Shown here one piece after another: positions 23,473-36,175 of a DNA stretch of 41,479 nucleotides. The stretch is from Chiloscyllium plagiosum (taxonomy: Eukaryota). The notes beneath the pieces were generated by a model, which did no database searches, was not told the DNA's origin, and was given only the letters and a program-made list of their open reading frames with translations. Position 1 is the stretch's first letter. Every line of letters starts with the position of its first letter. Both the position numbers and the translations under genes were made by a program. Location: positions 8,581,187-8,622,665 of the forward strand of contig NC_057752.1 in the NCBI RefSeq assembly GCF_004010195.1, written 5' to 3'.

Positions 23473-25230
23473 GGGAGGGACAGGACTAGCAGCTTAATGG
23501 TCCCAGGGTACAGATGCTTTAGGTGGGACAGAGGTGATGGAAGGAGGGGAGGGGAAGTTGCATTTTTGATCAAGGCAAATATCACAGCAGTAGTCGGAGA
23601 TGAAATAACGACAGGTACCCAAATAGTCAACAGAAATTTGAGGAACAAATATGCAGGGAGGTTAAGGAGACTTGCAGGAGCAATAGGGTTGTCATAGTTG
23701 GGGATTTTAATTTTCCTAACATAGACTGGGACTGCTAGAGCGTTCATGGCTTAGAGGGTGTGGAATTTGTTAAGTGCATTCAGGAAAGTTTCCTCAAGCA
23801 GTATATAGAGGGTCATACTCAGGAAGGGGCAAAACTTTACCTACTCTTTGGAAATAGGGCAGGACAGGTGATGGAGGTGACAGTAGGGGAACACTTTGGG
23901 AACAGTTCTATTAATTTTAAAATAATTATGGAGAGGGACAAAACTGGTCCACAGGCTCGAGTGCTAAATTGGCGTTGGGCGAATTTTGATGGAATTAGAC
24001 AGGGGCTTGCAGGATTGGTTGGAATAGTTTGTTTGCAGGCCAAGGGACCTCTGGCAACTGGGAGGCCTTTAAAAGTGACGAAGCTAGAGTTCAAGGTCTA
24101 TATGTTCCTGTGAGAGTGAAGGGCCAGGTTGACAGGAACAGGGAACCCTGGATGACAACAGATATTGAGGCTTTCACCAGAAAAAAGGAGTTGTGGCTCA
24201 GGTACAGGCAGCTGGGATCAAGGGAATCCTTGGAGGTATACAGGGAATGCAGGAGTTTACTGAAGAAGAAAATCAGGAGGGCGAAAAGGGGGCATGAGAT
24301 AGCCTTGGCTGAGAAGATTAGGGTGAATCCAGAGAGGTTCTTTAGGTATATTAAAGAGAAAAGAATAAGTAGAGAGAGAATAGGACCTCTCAAGGACCAA
24401 AGTGGACATGTATGCGTGGAACCACAGAAGATAGGCGAGGTTCTCAATGAATATTTCTCCTATGTTTACCATGGAGAAAGATATGAAGACTTGGGAACTT
24501 GGGGAAGTTAGTCGTGATAGCTTGGGGACAATCCATATCACAGTAGAGGGGGTATTGGACGTTTTAGAACGTATGAACGTGCATAAATCTCCTGTTTCTG
24601 ACCAGGTATATCCAAGAACACTGCAAGAGGCCAGAGAGGAAATTGTGGGGGCCCTGGCTGATATTTTTGCATCATCTTTAGTCACAAGTGGGTTCCGGAA
24701 AACTGGAGGACAGCGAATGCTGTGCCACTATTCAAGAGGGGCTGCAAAGCAAAGCCTGGAAACTATAGACTAGTGAGCTTAACATCTGTGGTTGGTATAT
24801 TACTTGAGAAGATTGACGGATAAGATACACATGCATTTGTGAGTGCGAGATAATGCCCCAAATTCGTTAGAGTTCTTTGATAAAATGACCAGGAAGGTTG
24901 ATGAGAGCAGGGCGGTAGACCAAGTCTGTATGGATTTCAGTAAGGCCTTTGATAAGGTCCCACATAGTTGGCTGCTCTGGAAGGTTAGATTGCATGGAAT
25001 CCAGGGCAAGCTGGCAAACTGGATACAAAATTGGCTTGTTGGTAGGAAGCAGAGGGTAATAGTGGAAGGATTCTTGTCGGACTGGAGACCTGTGACTAGT
25101 GGAGTGCCTCAGGGTTCAGTGTTGGGCCCATTACTGTTTGTTATCTATATCAATGATTTGGATAAGCATGTACAAGTCATGGTTAGTAAGTTGGTTGATG
25201 ACACTAAAATAGGCAGTATTGTGGGTGGTG
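23473..25230 (+). mobile_element. CR1 ORF2 (element B) APE to RT with internal deletions
   Basis: [49 protein letters not shown]. Confidence 0.88.
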
Positions 25231-25231
25231 A

Positions 25232-25309
25232 GGGGTGGCATGGTAGCTCAGTGGTTAGTATTGTTGCCTCACAGTGCCAGGGACCCAGGTTCGATTCCAG
25301 CCTCGGGTG
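25232..25309 (+). mobile_element. V-SINE 5' (tRNA-like) fragment
   Basis: TAGCTCAGTGG A box and GGTTCGATTCC B box; truncated. Confidence 0.75.
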
Positions 25310-26160
25310 TCATGTTCACCATGCTGACTTTGCCCTATTTTACCATACGCTTCCAAGTGATCAGAAATCTCATCTTTCACAATGGATTCCAGGACCTTAC
25401 CCACCACCAAGGTTAGGCTAATCGGTCTGAAGTTTTCCGTCTTTTGCCTTACTTCCTTTTTAAACAAGGGTGTTATGTTAGCGATTTTCCCGTCCTCTGG
25501 GACCCTCTCTGACTCGAGCGATTCCTGAAAGATCACCACTAATACCTCCACTATTTCTTCAGCTATCTCCCTTAGAACTCTAGGGTGTAGTCCATCTGAT
25601 CCAGGGTATTTATCCACCTTCAGGCCATTCTGATTTTCTAGCATCTTCTTCTTGGTGATGGTCACCATACTCAGCTCTGCTCCCTCACTCTCTGTAATTT
25701 TTGGGATATTATTCGTGTCTTCCTCTATGAAGACTGATGCGAAGTAAATTGTTCAGTTCCTCAGCCATTTTCTTGTTCCCCACTACTGTCCCTCCAGCAT
25801 CATTTTCCAGCTGCTCAATGTCCAGTTTTGCCTCTCTTTTGCCCTTTATATATCTAAAGGAACTCTTCCTTTACATTACTGGCTAGCTTATCCTCCTATT
25901 TAATCTTCTCCTTCCTTATTTCTTGTTTTGTTGTCGTCTGTTGTTGTAAGTTTCCCAATCCTCTGGTTTCCTATTGTCCTTTGCCACATTATATGCTTTC
26001 TCTTTTGCTTTTATGCTATTGTTGACTTCCCTGGTCAGCCATAATTGCCTCATCCTCCCTGTACATTGCTTCTTTTTCTTTGGGATGAATCTCTGCTGTG
26101 TCTCCTGAATTACTCCCAGAAACTCCTGCCATTGCTGTTCCACTGTCTTTCCACCTAGGC
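25310..26160 (-). mobile_element. CR1 ORF2 internal fragment
   Basis: [26 protein letters not shown]. Confidence 0.85.
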
Positions 26161-26173
26161 TTTACCTTGCTCT

Positions 26174-26260
26174 AAGGGCTTATGCCCGAAACGTCGATTC
26201 TCCTGTTCCCTGGATGCTGCCTGACCTGCTGCGCTTTTCCAGCAACACATTTCCAGCTCT
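26174..26260 (+). mobile_element. PLE-type 3' terminus, hammerhead 3' half only
   Basis: GGGC(TTAT)GCCC-GAAACGTC at 26176-26195; the CUGANGA box is absent. Confidence 0.65.
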
Positions 26261-26521
26261 ATTTTAATCCAAGATACAGGGAAATAGTTGCATTGTGGTC
26301 AATTCTGGATGAGTAATCCAGAGAAGAGTTGTTAAAACAATTAGCTAATGCATAATGTAGTAAATATTACATACAGTAGGGATGGTTGAAGAACTGGTTA
26401 TGATGAATGCATTTGACAGATGGCACAGGGACACATATATCACAGTAATGTCACTGGACTAGTTAATCCAGAGGTCCAGACTAATGCTTGGAAGACATGG
26501 GTTCAAATCTTATCACAACAA

Positions 26522-26751
26522 TGTTATCATCTAATGCGATTTGAAGGAATGCCCGAGACCTAATAGAATGAAGGAAGAGGTCATGGATATATTAATTAAG
26601 GATAAAAAAATTGGGTTTGAATTAGTTGTATAAATATAGAGAGCTAGTAATCAGCAGGGGGAAGTTTTATAGAGTGTGAAATAAAACTCACTAAGTGTGG
26701 TCTTTTTGTGTTGAAAACTGTTCTGAAACAGTTATCTTTTAGTGCACAACA
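26522..26751 (+). mobile_element. Solo LTR (about 230 bp), same family as 1333-1542
   Basis: TGTT...AACA ends, TATAAAT 26629-26635, AATAAA 26680-26685. Confidence 0.7.
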
Positions 26752-26800
26752 AGCAGCTAGTGGAATGTGGATTCAGTTTCTAAATCTTGAACTGAAAACT

Positions 26801-27104
26801 AGAGTGGAATCTTCCCCTTCCAAACGGCAGTGGCAGGTGGGGAAGATAACTGGACAGATGCTTATTTCATGATCCCACTGCCTTCTCACTGTACAAACAT
26901 TATGTTCTGTGCAGGAAGGCCTTCATGCCTCATTATCAATTAAAGTTGGTCATCAGGCAATGGGATGTTGCTGTCCTAGGAAGTGACCTGGCGTAAAGTC
27001 CACCAGTTGAGCCTTAGGTGGGCTTTCTCATTTATGTGGGAGCATCCTATCCATTATTATATCTGCCACTGCACTAAGGAAAAATAAGTGGAAGGTCCAG
27101 CCCC
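26801..27104. mobile_element. Possible non-autonomous DNA transposon (MITE)
   Basis: Imperfect terminal inverted repeats gagtggaatcttcc / ggaaggtccagccc with CTA on both flanks; interrupts the old SINE. Confidence 0.4.
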
Positions 27105-28129
27105 TAGTCTCAGTAGTGGTGACCATGAAACCATTAATTGTTGTAGAGAAAGACCCAAAGAACAAAGAAAATAAATATCTTTGCTGGAATGTGATCATTT
27201 ACAATATAATCAGAGAACTGAAATTTGGGGTAAATATTTTATGAAATATGAATAGTCAATAAGAAACCTTTTAAAAAAGCCAATTAATTAGAGAACACAA
27301 AAAAAAGAGAGATACTTAAAAACATAACCGATTAGAAAGAAGAACTTAGTTTGACTGCTCATGTGTCACACAAGAATAAGCTGGAGATTTGTCTATTTGT
27401 GGCTGGGATCTGGACAGCACTGAGAACAAGTAAGTAAATACCAAGTTTGAACCAATCAATTTTCTTATTTTTAACTGGTTTAAATCCACTTTTTTCTTTG
27501 ATTATTTTCCACTTTCTCATTCACGCATCATATTACATATAAGTTATTTTCTTATCCACAATGAACAGATAAAACTTTATTTGAAAAATAGCTACTTGAA
27601 CAATTAAATGTTCTTCTGTTTTCCCTTCAAGGCCAAGACTCATTAGTTAGCTACTTTAACTTACCCCTTTCTCAGACTCTGGAATTCCTCAGTCTTCCAT
27701 TCTTTCTATAATTTCCAGATTTTTGAAACTCTAAGTGTGGTGTCATCCAATCACTATTTGTTTATCTATCTCATTTCTTCTAGTGATGTTCTTTACCTTG
27801 GGCTTTGAGAGAAAAAAAACCCTACTTTTTCCCTCAATCAGTTGTAACATGAAACTTAGTTAGAAATAAGTTTTATTACATTTTTCTTTTTGTTTTTAAA
27901 GTTAACTTAACACAATTTATGTCGCTAAGTCATATTTGCCTTTGTATTCCAATTACAGGAACTTCTGACTCATTGCAGAGGGAAATTTATTGAAAATATT
28001 TCCACAACAGCAAGAAGGAAATGATACTTTATGAAATAGAAATTCAGACTACGACCTGCTCATAGGCTGACTTTTACCTGGCTTATCATACTTCTCTAAA
28101 TTACTTATATTGCTGAAAAAAAAGTTGCT

Positions 28130-29075
28130 AAATCTTTGCATCTTGACATCAGCACAATAGCAGTTTATTGCGAAAACCAACATTTACACTGTGTTAGAGG
28201 AGAGCGCTAATTGGTTGGCAAGTGGACTCTGTTTGGTAGAGGCTTTTCCATAGACAGTGCCTCAGTTAATGATGATTAGCTGTTAATTGTCAGGCTTTTT
28301 CTACATTTTAGGTCAGGCAGATTGACTCTAATTGGTCAAGGCATTGCACTGATAAATGGCCAACAAATAACTGTCACCTATTTTCATGAATTGAAACTGG
28401 CATGATGTGTGCATGTTCTCTTCGTGTGCAAGTCCCCTGTTTATTAATATACATAGCTTCCAGTACATGCAAGTGCACCACATCATGAGCCTACTGACAA
28501 TCCTGAAGTGGTTGTCAGTGTAATTCTTCGTACACTCATGATTACCCAGCAAATGCATTGCAGAATGTTGGACATCATGTTGCAAGGCTAAGCTGGTGGG
28601 CTACAGTCGGTACCTTGATTGTTGTAAACAGCCAAACTGATATGATTGCCACTAAAAGAATGCTGCCAACAAGCCTAAAAGATGCGCTGCCTATCACATA
28701 AATGAGTAATGTGGTATATGAGTTTCAATGCCAGTGTGATGCCAAGTATGTAGGCCACACATCCCAATGGCTAGCAGATTGCATGAAACACCTTATCTCT
28801 TCAGCTGTTCACAACAAGCAAGGTACTGACCATACCCAACCAGCCCATGCTTGTAAATCTTGCAACACGGTGACCAACACTGCATTCGATTCCACAGTTG
28901 GACAACATTTACTGGGCAATCCTGAATGTACAACAAGCAACACTGACAATGAATTAGGATCGTCAGTTGGGCTTGCAGTGTGGTGCACTTGTGTGTATTG
29001 GAAGTTACATATATTAATACAGAGGGTCTTGTTTGTTGCAGACAGTAAGATCATATAAATACACTGCATCTGTGT
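28130..29075. mobile_element. Penelope-like GIY-YIG remnant in inverted arrangement (28130-28585 -, 28590-29075 +)
   Basis: Plus: NVVYEFQCQCDAKYVGHTSQWL (GIY-YIG) ... QHLLGNPEC. Minus: HLLGNHECTKNYTDN. Confidence 0.78.
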
Positions 29076-29945
29076 CATAAAGTCATAGAGTCATACAGGT
29101 ATCCAGCACAGAAACAGACCCTTTGGTTCAACTCGTCCATGCTGACCAGATAGCCAAAACTAATCTAATCCAATTTGCCAGCACTTGGCCATTATCCCTC
29201 TAAACCCTTCTTATTCATATATCCTTCCAGATGCCTTTTAAATGTTGTAATTGTACCAGCCTCTGCCACTTCCTCTGGCAGCTCATTCCATATACATACC
29301 TGCATGAAAATGTTGTCCCTTAAGCCCCTTTTAAATTTTAACCCTCTCATCCTAAACCTATGCCTTCTAGTTCTGGACTCCCCCAACCCGGGAAAAAGAC
29401 CTTGTCTATTTACCCTATCCATGATTTTATAAACCTCTATATGGTCTCCCCTCAGTCTCCGAAGCTCTATGGAAAATGGCCCCAGCCTATTCAGCCTATC
29501 CCAATAACTCAAATCCTCCAACCCTGGCAACATCCTTGTAAATCTTTTCCAAACCCTTTCAAGTTTCACAATATTATTCCAATAGGAGGGAGACCAGAAT
29601 TGCATGCAATATTCCAAAAGTGACCTAACCAATGTCCTGTACATCCACAACATGACCTCCCAACTCCTATACTCAATGATCTAACCAATAAAGGAAATGC
29701 CAAACCTTCTTCACTATCCTATCTACCTGAGACTCCATTTTCAAGGAACTATGAACCAACACTCCAAGGTCTCTTTGTTCAGTAACATCCCTGGGATCTT
29801 ACCATTAAGTGTATAAGTCCTGCTAAGATTTGCTTTTCCTAAATACAACACCTCACATTTATCTAAATTGAACTCCATCTGCCACTTCTCAGTCCATTGG
29901 CCCATCTGGTCAAGATCCCGCTGTACACGGAGGTAACCTTCTTCG
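29076..29945 (-). mobile_element. CR1 (HER1-like) 3' part
   Basis: ORF 29192..29653 LERVWKRFTRMLPG; (ATGACTCT)n tail. Confidence 0.88.
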
Positions 29946-29949
29946 ATAA

Positions 29950-30095
29950 AATATTTTCTTCAGCAATACTCAAGGTCTGTACTACCAAACAACTTGAAGA
30001 GTTAACTTTATTTCTCTCTCCAGAGATGTCAGATCTGCTGAACTTCTCCAGCACTAATTTATATTTCAGATTTATTGCATCTACGATACTTTGCT
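29950..30095 (+). mobile_element. Degenerate PLE-type terminus
   Basis: Similar to the reverse complement of 34335-34410 and to 41015-41152 (ctgctgaacttctccagca). Confidence 0.45.
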
Positions 30096-30579
30096 GTTAC
30101 TTATTACTAATATTTCATAACAATTTCAACTGTTCAATGACACTTCTTCATTCCTTGCCACAGTAGGTCAGATCATGAAGTATGTGATAGATGTATCAAT
30201 GATGAAAGCAGAAATATTTACTACCCAATGTCTCCAGTAATGTGTAAAATAACAAGAGCTATATAATACAAATAAATCTTATTTGTTACTCAACGCAGGA
30301 AACAGAATACAAGAGACTGAGAAACCTTAGACAAAGTAAACAAACATACATATTGTTAAGGATTCAAAACTGTGAATTAGATAACTTAAAAGGGAAGCAT
30401 CTTCATGAGCAACTGGCAACTGTTCTTGTTTGAGGATGACAGGCAAGTCTCAACGGCATTACAAAATACAGTTTGATGATTTACATTATTAAAGGGTAGT
30501 TCTAAATAGCAAAGTAATTTAAGAAAATAGGTTTCAATGAAGGCAGTATTATGCATTTTAAAGTATGCATTAGACATAC

Positions 30580-30740
30580 CTGCAATCTCCTGAATGCTGT
30601 TTGCACGCATGTCCAATAAGACAGTACCATTAATGATACAACTTCGTAGCTCAAACAGGCTATGTAACGACAGTGTGGCAACATATGGTTTACTCCAACG
30701 GTCTCCACCATCCTCAACGTCTTCCTCAAACTTCAACCAC
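30580..30740 (-). CDS. SLC4A8: Next internal coding exon (161 bp) of the same SLC4 gene
   Basis: Encodes (R)[53 protein letters not shown]. Acceptor tttggcAG at 30742-30741 and donor GTATGT at 30579. Phase-compatible with the upstream exon (AG|G = Arg, giving ETARWLKFEE). Confidence 0.85.
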
Positions 30741-31314
30741 CTGCCAAACATTTAATTTTAAAAAATATCACAGAAACCTCTTCCAATCTGTTAATCACCA
30801 GAAAGTTAGTGCTAAAGACTAGGCTAGCGTGGACAGTGCAGACCGAGAGGCTGAAAGAGGTTTGAACAGATTAGGAGAGTCAACTGAACCCAAAGATGTC
30901 ACTATTGCCTTGTTGTAACTCATGTTATTTTTCAACATGTATACACTTGTCTTTGTTTTGGGAGTGGCTTTTCTTCTGTGCTTGATCTTGTAATTGTTAC
31001 AGATTCTAATAACAGACATGGTTAGTGTCCCCCCATGTGGTTATTGCATAATCGTATTTACATTGATGGATTGATGAAGTGATCACAAGTCTACTGACTG
31101 ATAAGAGTTCATAATTTGAGGTAATGAACTTAATCATGCATTACAATAAGTCTGTGAAAGCTGTTCTGGACAGCTGATTTGAGAGAGGTGAGCGAGGTTT
31201 CTGTACGGTAAACCTGTTAGTGATTGTTTCTGGAATTTGCACACCATCTAAAGCCTCATTGTGTCAATTTCCAGTATTTCTTCATGCTGACAAACTTGCA
31301 AACAATTCACACAC

Positions 31315-31450
31315 CTGGCAGTCTCCTTCCACTCAGCATCTTCACCCCCCCGTACGCAGATTTCATCAAGTTCAGTGAAAAGCTCATGCGGAACATGCTC
31401 ATCATCATCCTCAGTTCCCAAAATGAACTGTACTCGCTGGGAAGGGGTGT
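31315..31450 (-). CDS. SLC4A8: Internal coding exon (136 bp) of an SLC4 Na+-coupled bicarbonate transporter, N-terminal cytoplasmic domain; best match SLC4A8
   Basis: Encodes (D)TPSQRVQFILGTEDDDEHVPHELFTELDEICVRGGEDAEWKETA(R). Acceptor ctcctttcAG at 31452-31451 and donor GTgtgt at 31314. HVPHELFTELDEIC and the shorter acidic run fit SLC4A8 better than SLC4A7/A10 as I recall them. Family call is strong, paralog call moderate. Confidence 0.85.
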
Positions 31451-32189
31451 CTGAAAGGAGACACACAAGAGGTGGTAATTAACAAGATCAGGCCTTACTT
31501 TGTTACTTAAATACATACATACACACCTGTGCATACAAACACACATTATACCCTCAGATTCACTATGCACGCACCATCAATATTGTTCTATTTCCCCCCA
31601 CTGAGATTATTTAGTTTTCCAGCCTCAAACAGCAGAGGTACCACAAACATCCAGGCTGTGGATTCACCTTCAAAGGCCAGCAGTGTTTTCTTCAATTTCC
31701 TTTTTCCCTACAGGGAGGAAATAACTACCCTTTCCTTTGTATTTACAGAGAATAGATGAAGCTTATCATGTGCCAAATGGCACATGCTCATTCAATACCT
31801 GAAATGCTTCACCCATCATATTGTGTAAGGCTCCCTCATAGAAATTCAGGATGTGTACTGTAAGTATTTAGAACATTGATTAAAATACTAAAGGTCTAGC
31901 ATTAAATTGATCTGACAGCATCTGATTTACAATATAAGAAACTTGCCCAGCAACTCATGGCATGAATAGGCAACAAAACCTTGCAGCACTCTTTAAAGGG
32001 CTCATCCACTATTACTTCCCACTTAGAGGAGCTTTTAGCTTATTTTCTCACTTCTTTAATGGATTTGTGACTTACAGAAAGATTTTGCTGCTGCTTTTTG
32101 GTTATTTCAAAGAAGCCTTCACTGCTGTCATTGGTGTTCTGGTAAATCTGCCTTTGGGGCTGGAAGATGAAAAAGAGCAGCCAGGAAGA

Positions 32190-32470
32190 CAGGACATTGC
32201 AGGAGTGAATGGATGAAAAAGAGGCTGGGAAAGGGGGTGGGGGCATATCCATGGTGGTTTGCAGGGACCATTTTTCTTTAATTAATTTCTTGGAAGAAGC
32301 AATGATTCTGGTACCTTTGTTCCACAAAGGAAGGCTGTCAAAGAACTCTGTCACCTCTGCAGCCACATCTCAGATCTCAAACCATGGCACAGGTTGTCCC
32401 CCTTATAACAAACTCCTCCAAGCTGCAGCAAGTGACAGCAACATTTCATAGATTTCATTCATTGTTTTAT
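32190..32470 (+). mobile_element. Harbinger/PIF transposase (HARBI1-like) N-terminal remnant
   Basis: Across frameshifts: VCRDHFSLINFLEE / Q*FWYLCSTKE / AVKELCHL / QPHLR ... QAAASDSNIS. Confidence 0.55.
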
Positions 32471-34334
32471 CAGGGAGGTTACCAAGGCATTCTAATATCT
32501 AGAAGAACACCTCCATCTCTGACCCAACAGACAGAACAAAGCAGAAAGAGAGCTCATAAAACAAGCTACCTCAGGGTGAAAGATGCCACAAACAATATCT
32601 AAGCAGCCATGTAATCTCCCCATTACCATTCTGACATCTTTCTGAATAGAAAACCACTCTAATTCCTGAACACCCCAGCTATGTTGCAAGCATAGGCGCC
32701 ACATCAATCAGGTCTGTGACCAGTGTCCCAGGAGTAGTCATGACTTGATAATGCAATTCAGTCTTCTATGCTGCCTAATAGGCAGTCACAGATTGGTTAT
32801 TCAGCTGCATGGACTATTCTCATCAGACTTGATTCAAAGGTCAGGACTTCAGGCACAAGTAGCCTAATGTAAGAGTCATACTGCTACCAGTAACTTTAAA
32901 GCAGACAGTCTGTGCATTCAAAGAGTGCTTCTGCTGCTGAGCCACAGCAAGAACAGCTTTTGGGAATAATAGTGTTGAGCAAGAATTCTCAAGCACCTGT
33001 TCCCTTCCTTTACCACCGATAATTACTGATTTCTTTGTGAAAAACTATCTATGTGCTTCTTAGCCAGCATATGGATAACTTAATGACCAAAAAACAGCTT
33101 TTTGTGAGTTTAAGTAAAGAGAATTATTTATTTACACATTCACCCCAACAATCGAAAGCACTCATTCAGCCACTCGAGCATCCAAACCTGAGGAAAATAT
33201 AGTTAATAGTGTACTTTTACAAGTTATTAACAAAAGAATAGTTTATAATTCATGTAATTTGCTCATCTTAAAACAAAGATAGATTACAGGCCCGGTGAAG
33301 AAAGAGCTTTCACTTCTGAAGGGTAAGTAGAGCCATATCAAATTTTTTGCAAGACACCCTAAAAAAAATGGACTTTGAGCAGGTCACAAAGTTAATTACT
33401 TGTAACTTTATTACCAGGAATTCAGTTTTCTGCACTGGTGTACTTGGTGAAGAACAGCCGAACAATGTTGCAGTCTCCCGCTAGATCCTAAAGGCACAGA
33501 TATTGTTGCCCTTTCTGCTGCCACTATCTCTGCAATTGTTGTTCTATACCTTCAACCTGCACTTAAAGCCTGTTTAACAGAGAGATGAACATGGCTACCT
33601 TACCAGGTCATATTTCCAAATATCATATTGGGCTGAGCTCATAATCCACAGCATAGGTCTTTGTGTGCTGATATTTGCTCTCGGGGTCTGAGACAATCAC
33701 TGTCTTTGTTTCTGAAAAAGGCACATTCAGGTTGGGAAATTACTTCTGGATGGTCTCAGGATATGGGTATTGACACTTGTTTAGTGCACATTATTAAAAG
33801 AAAACTCAATTCCAGAAGATTCCATACTCACCAACTGATTAGGCTGGCTGAGTACCAAATTACATAGATGCAGCAGGTGGTGAAGGAACAAGAGGCCAAA
33901 ACATACTGGGTCTCATCCTTACCAATTTGCCTGCCATAGAGGCATGTGTCCATGACAGTATCAAGACTGTCATGGACACAGTCTTTATGGAGACAAAGGT
34001 CCACCTTCACATTGAGAATAACATCCATCATGTTGTGTGGCACTATCATCTTGGTAAATGGGATAGACTTCAAATAGAACTAGCAACTAAAGACTGGGCA
34101 TTCAAGAAGAAGTGTGGGCCATTAACACCAGCAGAATTGTTACCTCATGGCCAACCATATGCTCCATTTTACCATGACCATCAAGCTAGGGGATCAACCC
34201 TGGTTCAATCAAGAGCGCAGGAGGGCATGCCGGGGGCAGCACCAGGCATACCTAAAAATGAAGGGTCAACCTGGTGAAGTTTCACCATAGAACAACTTGT
34301 ATGCCAACCCCCCTAAGCAACAAGTGATAGACAG

Positions 34335-35500
34335 AAACAAAAACAGAAATAGCTTTTGAAACTCAGCAGGTCTGGCAGCATTTATGGGAAGAAAGTGACT
34401 TAACGTTGGGTGGACCAAGGGGAGAAGTGAGTGGAAAGGTTGGATGGAGCTCAGAGACAGAGGGAAAAAAAAGAGTGTGTGTGTTTGTTGTGAAAGGGTT
34501 AGGTAGATTACGGATAGCAGCCCAGTACAGAAGAAAAACTGAATGGGCGGCACAGTGGTTAGCACTGCCGCCTCACAGCGCCAGAGACCTGGGTTCAATT
34601 CCCGCCTCAGGTGACTCTGTGTGGAGTTTGCACATTCTCCCCGTGTCTGTGTGGGTTTCCTCCCGGGTGCTCCGGTTTCCTCACACAGTCCAAAAATGTG
34701 ATGGTTAGGTGAATTTGCCACGCTAAAGATGCCCATAGTGTTAGGTGAAGGGGTAAATGTAGGGGAATGGGTCTGGGTGGGTTGTGCTTCGGTGGGTCAG
34801 TGTGGACTTGTTGGGCCGAAGGGCCTGTTTCCACACTGTAAGTAATCTAACCTAAAAAAAAGTGATAACAAGAGTTAAGAGTAGCAGAGAATGGGTGAGC
34901 TGCACTAAAAGCCAACCCATATAATGTAATATTAGGCCGAGGCACTGGTGAGAAAGCGTGACTGTGCTGAAAGCAATCCACATCATAATACGACCAGGTG
35001 TGGGGGTGGGTGAAAAACATGGAAGGATGAAATCTCACACTCAAGTTATTAAATTTGATGATGATGGAGGAACCCCACGCAGAAAATGAGATGCTGTTCT
35101 TCCAGCTTATGTTGAATCTCGCTGGAGCACTGCAGAAAGCCTGAGGCAGAAACGTGTGTTGAAGTAGCAGACAACTGGAAGCTCAGGGTGACTTTTGCAG
35201 ACAGAATGTAGGTGTGCTGCAATGCTCCCAATGTAGAGGAAGCCAAATTGTGAACAGTGAATACCGCAGACTAGGTTGAATGAAGTACAGGTAAATCACT
35301 GCTTCACCTGGAAGGTATGGCTAGGGCCTTGGATGGTGAGGAGGCAGGAGGTAAATGGCAAGTGTTACACCTTGTGCAATTGCATAGGAAGATGCCATTT
35401 GAGTGTGAGGTGGTGTTGGGAGTGGAGGAAGAGTGGACTAGAGCATCATGGAAGGTACTGTTCCAACAGAATGCTGACAAGGGAGGGGAGGGGAGGCGAA
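34335..35500 (-). mobile_element. Penelope-like element 3' part (Zn-knuckle plus GIY-YIG), split by a SINE
   Basis: CNCTRCNTC...FTCTSFNLVCGIHCSQFGFLYIG (about 35225-35385); KLEEQHLIF. Confidence 0.78.
34545..34860 (+). mobile_element. V-SINE (HE1-like), relatively young
   Basis: GGGCGGCACAGTGGTTAGC head, GGTTCAATTCC B box, V-core, GAAGGGCCTGTTTCC tail; CpGs retained. Confidence 0.9.
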
Positions 35501-36175
35501 CATATGTCTGAATTTAATTGGCTCCGTACTGACATCTGTATTGTTGGGATCCTCTGGAGGAGGCTGAGATGGGTCATCCACTTGGCAGTTCTGAATGAAG
35601 ATTGTTGCAAATGCCTCAACCTTATCTTTTCCATTGACCTGTTAGGTTCTTCCATCATTGAGGAAGGGGACATTCGTGGAGCCTCCGCCTCCAGTGTGTT
35701 GTTTAATGGTCCACCACCATTCACCACCTACCATCCCACCAGCCTCTGCATCTCACTGGAGGTGCCAGAATTGGTGGATTACAATCGTTTGGATGCAGAT
35801 ACTGAAGCAGTCAGATAGATCAGATACTGAAGCAGTCCCAGTCCAAATGCAACAAGACCTGGACGATAGCCAAGTTTGAACTGACAAGTGGCAAGTAATT
35901 GTGCTACACAAATGCCAGGCAATGACTATCTCAAACAAGAGGAAATCTAACCATCAACACTTAACATTCAATGGCATTACCATGGCTGGATTCCTCACTG
36001 TCAACATCCTGTGGATTATCATTGACCAGAAACTGAACTGGACTAGCTACATAAACACAGTGTCTACAAGAGGTGATCAGAGGCTCAGAATACTGCAGCA
36101 AGTAACTCACCTCCTGATTCCCAAAGCCTATCCACCATCCACAAGGTACGAGTCGGAAGTGTGATGGAATACTCC

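Larger units (their letters stand above)
26420..27160 (+). mobile_element. Ancient tRNA-derived Deu-SINE-like element in three pieces (about 26420-26521, 26752-26801, 27104-27160)
   Basis: gtcactggactagt..GGTTCAAATC B box and ctagtctcagtagtggtgaccatgaaac; family recognised from memory only. Confidence 0.5.

Noticed and set aside
25232..25309. tRNA gene
   Set aside because: The A/B boxes belong to a SINE head matching 34545 and 18793; no complete cloverleaf is evident.
27160..28130. Hidden SLC4 exon or ncRNA in an AT-rich unique stretch
   Set aside because: No SLC4-like translation or convincing structure found by eye.
30386..30751. 121-aa ORF as a standalone gene
   Set aside because: Only 30580-30740 is exon; the start and tail are intronic read-through beyond GT/AG sites. 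The same applies to 31248..31466.
32995..33780. Possible ERV-type solo LTR on minus
   Set aside because: It starts with TG and has AATAAA-like motifs, but I could not define a second end, a TSD or another copy.
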